DNA of 58,009 bases from Vairimorpha necatrix (Eukaryota): NCBI GenBank assembly GCA_036630325.1, contig CP142729.1, positions 1,302,001 to 1,360,009 on the forward strand, given 5' to 3'. Both the position numbers and the translations under genes were made by a program. Below, one piece after another: positions 48,501-58,009 of this stretch. The notes under the pieces are model-generated. The model was given only the letters and a program-made list of their open reading frames with translations. It searched no databases and was not told where the DNA came from. Positions within the stretch are counted from its first letter, which is position 1. Each line of letters begins with the position of its first letter.

Positions 48501-51500
48501 AATTAAAAAACTTATAAAAACACGTTAATTTAGAATAAGTATTTCTTAACTATAATACTATATATTATTTCACCTGGACGTTTTCAAGATTATTTACAAA
48601 AAAATAAAAAAATTCGAAAAGTTTGAATTGCATATATTAAATATTAACAGTATGATAATATTTCGGGAAAATAAATAAGAATCTTAGAAAAAACACCTAA
48701 ATAATATTTATATATCGTTAGTTTAAAAAATTTACAAGTATTCTTAAGAAATTAAATTTTTAGAATATATAAGAATTCATTTACACATATTTAAATAAAA
48801 AAAAAAATTTATATTATTTAGCATAAAAATGAAATATTATTAGTTAAAAGAAAAACTTAAAAATTCCTCTTATAAAATAAAAAATTTTGTTCTTTGTCTT
48901 ATAATTATCAGATATTTAAATTTTTTGAATCAAAAATTTTATATAACTGTTATAGTCAATATTTTTAAAGAAAAATTGAAATTTAATTTTGATATTATAT
49001 ATTGTATAGTTCAATAAAATGCGTTAGATTAATTCTAAGTATGAAAAGGTCAAGAAAAGTTATACTTCAATATAAATTTTTAATACACAAAGATTGACCT
49101 ACAAGTAAAATAAAATAATGCCAATAAAAAACTTTGAAAAAACTAATATATTATGAAATGCAATTTCAATAATGATATTTGAGGTTAATATTACAAAAAT
49201 AATTAAAAGAAAATATATTTAAAGTAGTAGGATAACTTTTTTTTAAAAAAAAACGTATTGGACTAAAACTCGTTTTAAAAATAAATATTTTCATCTAGAA
49301 TAGTTAATAAAAAAATTCAAACTAAACATTCAAATAATTTTAGATTAGTAAAAAGAAGGAAATTTTTATACAATTAAATTTTCACGACTAATTAAGCTAG
49401 AAGTCTCAACCACTAAAACGAAAATAATTTTTTTTGATCATTAAATTGAATTTTATATTTTCAAATTTCGCTCATAATAATACACATAAGACTGATTAAA
49501 ATAAGTAATAGTTTTAGAACATATAACGACTTAATCTTTTTTTAAAAAAAAAATGTATCAATCAAAATTTAAAATCAATATATTACACCTACATTATTAA
49601 ACATGATGATATATACAACCTACACGAAAACATATGATTCAATAACGAAAAATTTATAAAAATATTAAAAATTTTTATATGAATGTATTTCAAAGGAAAC
49701 CATATCACGGAGGGTTTTAGAAAATTGTAGATTAAAGTTATCAAAAAACTATCAATATTTCAAAAAATTTCAAAAATGATTTAAATTATTCTTATAGTAA
49801 ACATTCAATACTAATTATCGCAATGAAACATTGGAAAGCTCTTCATATTTGTAAACTCATTTTTTATGCTTAACTTAAGTTTTTAAAATTATTATAAAAA
49901 TTTAGCATTTATAAACCAAATAATATCAAGAAAATTCATAAATAAAAATTTAAAGTCTCAAAGAAACATAAAGACATACGACGAAAATAAAATATAAACA
50001 TCTATAGAGGAACACAACGAACGACATTTCATTCTGTTATCCTTTATTACAACAGTATTTTGAAATTTTAAGTTATAATCTGTAAAAATATTATAAAATA
50101 AAATACAAAAAAATTTTCTAATGGAAATAATGATAAATATCTGAGAAATAAATCTAATAATGGTCAGAAACAAATTAAATACATTTCAAATGATAAGATA
50201 ATCAATATTCATACAAATTGTAAATTTATAAACAAAAATAGGCTGGAAATGAATTTCGTATTTCTTCATATAAATTTTTCTAGTAAATATCATATATTCC
50301 ACGTATTTATTATTTTTAAAGTATGATAAAAATAAAATTAAAAAAAAATACAGAATTAGTAATTTTATTGAAAAAAATTTACACTAACCGAAGAATTAAA
50401 AAATATAAATCAATAAGAGCTAAGAAGGGTTAATAAAAAGTATAAACAAAACCCAATGCAACTAATCAATAGATATTTATATAAATTTAAGGATAATATA
50501 ATGTAAGAGCATATAAATTAAAAAACAAATCTTATCTTCAATAATGAAAAAAAAAAAGTTTAATTAAAATATTTTAATGCATAAACCCAATTACATATTA
50601 AACATAGATGCGGTTGACGATTTCTAATAATTATTAAATTATATTACTTTAAATATTTATTGAGAAAAAAAAATATAATAAATTGAAAAATTAAATTGTA
50701 AATATTTTAACAAAAAAATATTTATGAATTTTAATTGGAATAAGCATTTTGATTTTCGTAGAATGAAATCAATCTAATGATTTAATTAAAAATTAGAGTT
50801 TTTTAATAATCCATGTATTGGTTTTATCATAAAAAATAACATTTTAACATAACACATTATGTAAAACATTTTCATAGATAATGATAGGTTACTTTTAAAC
50901 TATTCGCCTTTTTTACGCAATAATTTTAAATATACAACATATCTTAATCGCAAAAAATTTATCAATTTTAACTGGTTATCAATAATATCAAATAAGTTCT
51001 CTTCATAATAAAAAATTTTATGAAGATCAAGCAAGAAGTAAATCTAACAGTTATAAAAGAAAATATAAAAGTATAAACAAAACATATCTTTGGTATTATG
51101 ACCATATTATCAAATATATTATTTATAGGATGTATTTTTCAATTATCCAATATTTTCACTCCCTCTTATTTTTAAAATTTTTATTTTCTACCATAAAAAA
51201 TTGAATCCTAAAGAAAACATAAAAAATAGACACAATAACAATTGTAATTATAAAAGACTTCCTGAAAAGTTGGGCAAATACATAGATAAATAAGATTGTA
51301 CATTAGAAGAAGCCGCATGTTTATGCAGCAGCTGAGTAGATATAATTGTTCAATAACAAAATATAAAAAAACAATTTTTTTCTAAAATTTTTTATTTTAT
51401 AAAAATAAATTAGATCATATTAATTTAAATAAATCATAATTACTTTCATTGTTCTATTGCAATATAACATAATTTTATAATGAAATATTCAAATGTAATT

Positions 51501-51891
51501 AGTTATTCGTATTGTATTTTCAAACAAACACTAGAATCTAGTCCTTAATGTTTCCAAATTTTTACGTCCTTTTACTTTCTTGGAATAATGATTTAATTTT
51601 TTTTTCAAAGTGGTTTTTATAGGCTTTCCGAAGAGTATAAGCTCCTGTGTCTGTATATATGCGTAGTACATCATTCGAGATTTAAGTTATTTGTATAATA
51701 TCCCTAAAATATTATTTTTTTAGTATAATACGAATATTTCCAGTAAAAAAAAATATCTTAAAACACAAGAATGACCTTTTTTACAATAATATATATTACA
51801 AATTAAAGAAGTAATTTTTACTTTTACAATATATTATTACATAAATTTATTCGCAGAATTACACCAAAAATACTTTGTGTTTTAATTATAA

Positions 51892-54800
51892 TGTTAAAGT
51901 TGAACCTCCTATTAAATAAATGTATAACATGGCAAACACAAAAGACGAAAGGGTAACAAGTGAGACCTGTGTTTAGGAGATAGAAAATTACTAAAAGAAG
52001 CTCAGAGAGTAGAAGCAATCATCGGAATGCAGAAAGATGTAAAAGATGTGACAACGAAGCAGTCGATAAAACAAGTAAGTTCTGAACTTTAGGATTTTAT
52101 TATTGATAAAAATTTGATCAGTATGATTAATTGGAATGATATTATTGATGAAATTGATAAATTAGTTGTTGAAAAGAAAGAGAATTAGAACAAGGAAAAA
52201 TTAAGGAGTAGAGAACCAGAAGATATGGTAGAGGTTATGAAAGAAAAATTAAAAAAGAGATTAAAGAATAACTGACTAGGACTGTAGCAGTGCCGGGAAG
52301 AAACTTTCAATATCAAAGACGAGAAGAAAACCATTGTTTTATATGTGGAAGAATTATACATATAGCTAGAGATTGTATGGAGCGTAAAGGAAGACATGAA
52401 GAGAATAATGAAAATAAAAGGGAAAAATATTTTGGCATTCGTGATAATAGAAAATTGAAAATATTAAAAGGAAATGATTTTAAATTGAGACTACCAGTGG
52501 AGGTAGAAAGATTAACTCAAGAAACAGTTTTTATGTAAAAAAAACGAAACAAGATAAAAGAAGAAAAAATATTATTAAATATGAAGAATTGGAAGGAAAA
52601 TTTCCTGAGGCATTAGGAAAAGACGAAGAGTAAATAAAATATTTAACAGGGATAAAATGTTCTTTTAAAACAAAACAATGAGTGAAAGTAGTAAAAAAGT
52701 AAAAAATATTTCTTATAATAATCGAGAAAAGTATATTAATTTATTAAAGTAGAGGTATTATCAGAAGGACAAAGAGCGAATGGATAAGCCCAATTAGGCC
52801 CATAGAATTACCAAATGGTGAAGTACAATTGAGAAGCAATTTGATGGCTTATAATGAACTGGAATAAAAAGATCCGTATGAATTGCCATTGATTAGAGAT
52901 ATTATTGGGGAACGCAAGATTCTAAAGTATTTATGGTTATAGACCTAAAGGAAGGATTCTATCATATAGAAATTGACAGACTTACAAACATAAGACAGCT
53001 TTTAAGATAAATGATAGAGTTTACGAACGGAATGGCCTGGTAAAGGGATTTAAAAATGCTTCCCATATTATGCAAAGAGTGATATACGGAGTTTTAGATA
53101 AGTTTAGAGGCAAGAGTGTTAAGGTGTACATGTATGATATTATTATTCATGCAAGAGATAGTAAAATACAAGAAAATTCTTTAAAACAAGTAATTCGAAA
53201 ATTTAACGAATGTGGATTTTAAGAAACTTAAAAGATACAATATAAAGAAGAAGTATAACTACTTTGAGTATCAATTAACGGAGAAGACATTACACCTAAC
53301 AAAATTAAAAAGAATAAGACATTAAAATACAAAAGGCATAACAACATAAAAGATCTTAGAAGATTTTTGGAGTGGCAGGCTGGTTTAGAGATTTTATTCC
53401 CAATTATGCTTATCGGACAGCACGTCTTACAGATGCACTAAAAAAGATAGCAAATAGAAATGATCAAAGATATGGAAAGAGCTTTTATGGATATCAAAGA
53501 GGGTTTTCAGGATTCAAAAAATCAAAAATAGTAGATAGAAAAAAAATATTTAGTATAAGAACGGATGCATGCGATACGGGCATTAAAGTCATACTTCTGC
53601 AAGAAAACAAGAAAGATAGGTGGATTCCAATACAATGGGCATCAAAAATGCTAACACCAACAGATAAAAAGTTTACGATTAGTAAAAAAGAGATGTCGGC
53701 AGCGTTTTTTGGAATAAATAAATTCGAGTCATATTTGAGGGAAGAAAATTTTAATAAATGACAAATCATAAAGAAATGGCCGAGATTAGAACAAACCGTT
53801 TTTCAATAATTATAATTTAGAGATGGATAGAATATATACAATAGTTCGATTTTACTATTAAATATGTAAAGTACAACTAATGACGTATGTAGATGCTCTT
53901 AGTAGATAATTTGAAAATAACGAAGTAATTGAAAAAGGCGAATAAGAGAAACGGATCAAAAACAAATGAAAGGGAAAGAAAAAAAGCGCATGGTTAAAAG
54001 TGAAAGCAAAAACTTATGGAAGTTCTCAACAGGGGAAATTAATAAATACAACACAAAGAAATAAGTGAGAACAGAAATTCGTAGAGTTCCTGAGAAATTA
54101 AATCATCGAGAAGTGAAAAAAACTTATTATAAGGAAAAACAAAGATTGTACTGGCCAAGTATTGGACCAGATAACCACAACGCTAAAAAATTGTGAAGTA
54201 TGAGTTTTAATAACAGAAAAACGACCGGAGGTTGAAATTTTGTAACAATATTTAAGAAATTAGAAAAAGTAGTTTAGACGTAATGGATATTGCAGAAAAG
54301 GAAAGATACGTGCTATGCAGGGACTGACTACTTTTCTAAAAGAGTATGGGGCGCAAAGATGGAAAATGAGAGAAGTGATGTTATTACGAAAATTTTAGAA
54401 AAAATTGTTTAAGGAAGATGGATACACAGATGAATATTTTACGGATAACGGTAAGGAATTTGTCAGTAATAAGTTTGTAACTTGGTGTAAAGAAAACGAA
54501 ATTATGCAATGGAGAGTATGTTTAGAAGCTCATAGGAGTAATGGAAGAATAGAACGATGTATTTGAACAATAAGGGAATCGATGATCCATGAAAAAGAAG
54601 GAAACCCAGAGGAAAAACTAGAACAAGCTGTAAGAACTAATAATTCTTACACAGAGCGATTAATTCAACACAATTGAAGCATGGAAAGAACAAGGAAAAT
54701 AAGTCTTTATTGAAAACAATAAAAAGGGTGTGTATTCAAGTAATTTTAAATTAAGGCATAGAGAAAAATTTGAAGTAGATCAGGCTGTGAGAATTGCAAT

Positions 54801-55042
54801 AAGAGAAAACAAGGGTAAATAGATGAAAAGTATGAAAGGAAGATTTACAAATGTTGATAAAAGGAGGGGAAAGTCTGAGAATGATTCTTATATTGTAAGG
54901 ACTGATAGCAAAAGATACATTAAAAAACGACATTATGACCTAAAAGATTATAAAAATGGAAAATTAGAAGCTTGTAACGTGAGAATACCTGTTTGGTGGG
55001 GGATTTTAGGGTTTAACTTTCATATTAAATAAATGTATAACA
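51892..55042 (+). mobile_element. Ty3/Gypsy retrotransposon (3.15 kb, decayed) with 38/39-bp LTRs
   Basis: LTRs at 51892-51929 and 55004-55042, perfect TSD TATAA, PBS TGGCAAAC and PPT GGTGGGGGA. Domains: gag CFICGRIIHIARDC; RT WISPIRP, IDLKEGFYHI, VYMYDII; RNase H RTDACDTGI, WASKML; integrase TDNGKEF, SNGRIER. Confidence 0.9.
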
Positions 55043-55203
55043 TATAATCATTAATCTGAAAAAAAATAATTGAATTATAAAGATAGTTAGATAAATTTTA
55101 TCTAAAAATTTCCATTTTTTATTTATTTTAGTTACATATTGATGTAACTGAATTTTTTTCAAACAAAAGATTCAGGAAGGTTTGAGGGCTAAAAGCTTAC
55201 GTG

Positions 55204-58009
55204 TTAGGTAGGTTAGGTAGGGTAGGAAGATAGGGTAGGTTAGGTAGGTAGGTAGGTAGGTTAGGTAGGTAGGTTAGGTTAGGTAGGTTAGGTTAGGTAG
55301 GTTAGGTAGGTAGGTAGGTAGGTTAAGGTAGGTGGTGGTAGGTAGGTTAGGTAGGTTAGGTAGGTTAGGTTAGGTAGGTAGGTTAGGTAGGTTAGGTAGG
55401 TTAGGTAGGTTAGGTAGGTTAGGTTAGGTAGGTTAGGTAGGTTAGGTAGGTAGGTAGGTTAGGTAGGGTAGGTAGGAGGTAGGTTAGGTAGGTAGGTAGG
55501 TTTAGGTAGGTTAGGTTAGGTTAGGTAGGTTAGGTAGTAGGTTAGGTAGGTTAGGTAGGTTAGGTAGGTAGGTTAGGTAGGTAGGTTAGGTAGGTAGGTT
55601 AGGTAGGTAGGTTAGGTAGGTAGGTAGGTTAGGTAGGTAGGTTAGGTAGGTTAGGTAGGTTAGGTAGGTTAGGTTAGGTAGGTTAGTAGGTTAGGTTAGG
55701 TAGTTAGGTAGGTTAGGTAGGTAGGTAGGTAGGTTAGGTAGGTTAGGTAGGTTAGGTAGGTAGGTAGGGTAGGTAGGTAGGTTAGGTAGGTAGGTAGGTA
55801 GGTAGGTTAGGTAGGTTAGGTAGGTAGGTAGGTTAGGTTAGGTAGGTTAGGTAGGTTAGGTAGGTAGGTTAGGTAGGTAGGTAGGTAGGTAGGTTAGGTT
55901 AGGTAGGTTAGGTAGGTTAGGTAGGTAGGTAGGTTAGGTAGGTTAGGTAGGTTAGGTAGGTTAGGTAGGTAGGTTAGGTAGGTAGGTTAGGTAGGTAGGT
56001 AGGTTAGGTAGGTAGGTAGGTAGGTTAGGTTAGGTTAGGTTAGGTAGGTTAGGTAGGTTAGGTAGGTTAGGTAGGTTAGGTAGGTTAGGTAGGTTAGGTA
56101 GGTTAGGTAGGTTAGGTAGGTTAGGTAGGTTAGGTAGGTTAGGTAGGTAGGTTAGGTTAGGTAGGTAGGTAGGTTAGGTAGGTTAGGTAGGTTAGGTAGG
56201 TAGGTTAGGTTAGGTTAGGTTAGGTAGGTAGGTAGGTTAGGTTAGGTAGGTTAGGTAGGTAGGTTAGGTAGGTAGGTTAGGTAGGTAGGTTAGGTAGGTT
56301 AGGTAGGTAGGTAGGTAGGTTAGGTAGGTAGGTAGGTAGGTAGGTAGGTTAGGTAGGTTAGGTAGGTTAGGTAGGTAGGTAGGTTAGGTAGGTTAGGTAG
56401 GTAGGTAGGTAGGTTAGGTAGGTAGGTAGGTAGGTAGGTAGGTTAGGTAGGTTAGGTAGGTAGGTTAGGTAGGTTAGGTAGGTTAGGTTAGGTAGGTTAG
56501 GTTAGGTTAGGTTAGGTAGGTAGGTAGGTAGGTAGGTTAGGTAGGTAGGTTAGGTTAGGTAGGTTAGGTAGGTTAGGTAGGTTAGGTTAGGTTAGGTAGG
56601 TTAGGTAGGTTAGGTAGGTAGGTAGGTAGGTAGGTTAGGTAGGTAGGTTAGGTAGGTAGGTAGGTTAGGTAGGTTAGGTAGGTTAGGTAGGTAGGTAGGT
56701 AGGTTAGGTAGGTAGGTTAGGTAGGTTAGGTTAGGTAGGTAGGTAGGTAGGTTAGGTTAGGTAGGTAGGTTAGGTAGGTTAGGTTAGGTAGGTTAGGTAG
56801 GTTAGGTAGGTTAGGTAGGTTAGGTAGGTAGGTAGGTAGGTAGGTTAGGTAGGTAGGTAGGTAGGTTAGGTAGGTAGGTTAGGTAGGTAGGTTAGGTTAG
56901 GTAGGTTAGGTAGGTAGGTTAGGTAGGTAGGTAGGTTAGGTAGGTAGGTAGGTTAGGTTAGGTAGGTTAGGTTAGGTAGGTAGGTAGGTTAGGTTAGGTT
57001 AGGTTAGGTAGGTTAGGTAGGTAGGTTAGGTTAGGTAGGTTAGGTAGGTAGGTAGGTAGGTTAGGTAGGTTAGGTAGGTTAGGTAGGTTAGGTTAGGTAG
57101 GTTAGGTAGGTAGGTAGGTTAGGTAGGTTAGGTAGGTTAGGTAGGTAGGTAGGTAGGTAGGTTAGGTAGGTTAGGTAGGTTAGGTAGGTTAGGTAGGTAG
57201 GTAGGTTAGGTAGGTTAGGTAGGTTAGGTAGGTTAGGTTAGGTAGGTAGGTTAGGTTAGGTAGGTTAGGTTAGGTAGGTAGGTTAGGTAGGTTAGGTAGG
57301 TAGGTAGGTTAGGTAGGTTAGGTAGGTTAGGTTAGGTAGGTTAGGTAGGTAGGTTAGGTAGGTTAGGTAGGTAGGTAGGTTAGGTAGGTAGGTTAGGTAG
57401 GTTAGGTTAGGTAGTAGGTTAGGTTAGGTAGGTTAGGTAGGTTAGGTAGGTAGGTAGGTTAGGTAGGTTAGGTTAGGTAGGTAGGTAGGTTAGGTAGGTA
57501 GGTTAGGTAGGTAGGTTAGGTTAGGTAGGTAGGTAGGTTAGGTAGGTTAGGTAGGTTAGGTAGGTTAGGTAGGTAGGTTAGGTAGGTAGGTTAGGTAGGT
57601 AGGTTAGGTAGGTTAGGTAGGTAGGTTAGGTTAGGTGGTGTAGGTTAGGTTAGGTAGGTTAGGTAGGTAGGTAGGTAGGTTAGGTGGTGGTTAGGTAGGT
57701 AGGTTAGGTAGGTAGGTTAAGGTAGGTTAGGTTAGGTAGGTAGGTGGTTAGGTTAGGTTAGGTAGGGTAGGTTAGGTAGGTAGGTTAGGTAGGTTAGGTA
57801 GGTTAGGTAGGTAGGTTAGGTTAGGTTAGGTTAGGTTAGGTAGGGTGGGGTAGGTTAGGTAGGTAGGTTAGGTAGGTTAGGTTTAGGTAGGGTAGGTAGG
57901 TTAGGTTAGGTAGGGTAGGTAGTAGGTTAGTGTAGGTAGGTAGGGTAGGTAGGTTAGGGTAGGTTAGGTAGGTAGGTAGGTTAGGTAGGTTAGGTAGGTA
58001 GGTTAGGTA
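55204..58009 (+). repeat. Telomeric array of mixed TTAGG and TAGG repeats
   Basis: The G-rich strand runs 5'->3' to the end of the sequence over ~2.8 kb of T(1-2)AGG units. Variant units cluster at the proximal and distal ends. Confidence 0.95.

Noticed and set aside
46000-51850. Short ORFs in AT-rich deserts (also 8.2-12.3 kb and 38-43 kb) and antisense ORFs over the LINE and genes
   Set aside because: They are 60-110 aa, F/I/L/K-rich, lack the CCC-ATG context and have no motifs; this is expected by chance or as shadows of real ORFs.
52380-52600. Naturally protease-less Ty3 element
   Set aside because: ILKGNDF resembles the protease C-terminal ILG.DF motif, so an internal deletion in this decayed copy is the simpler explanation.

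Overview
This window is the right-hand end of a very AT-rich eukaryotic chromosome, most likely from a microsporidian. That assignment is inferred from CCC(C) motifs a few nt upstream of ATGs, intronless orphan signal-peptide genes and the Merlin/hAT/Ty3/LINE repertoire. It ends in a ~2.8 kb G-rich telomeric array (55204-58009) that mixes TTAGG and TAGG units irregularly. Only three host genes are supportable, all on the minus strand: two paralogous putative secreted proteins (844 aa and 553 aa) and one frameshifted gene. The rest is nested, mostly decayed transposons separated by AT-rich deserts: three Merlin/ISXO2 derivatives, a Buster/Charlie-type hAT, a Mutator-like foldback, a near full-length APE-RT LINE, two RLE-type LINE 3' fragments, two Ty3/Gypsy elements, a gag-only LTR element, several solo LTRs and a tRNA-like Pol III element. 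Four observations stand out. (1) Up to seven copies of a ~280 bp TGTGGTAT-LTR family carry a covarying RNA secondary structure at the LTR 3' end, overlapped by a recurring micro-ORF (RRSIIExYLxxGxLPG), and no tRNA primer-binding site is visible. (2) Two LTR elements have ultra-short LTRs (38-39 bp and 55 bp) with PBS, PPT and perfect 5-bp TSDs. (3) The telomere has a mixed T(1-2)AGG composition. (4) The LINE has a highly structured 3' UTR and an oligo(T) rather than poly(A) end. All alignments and folds were done by eye.
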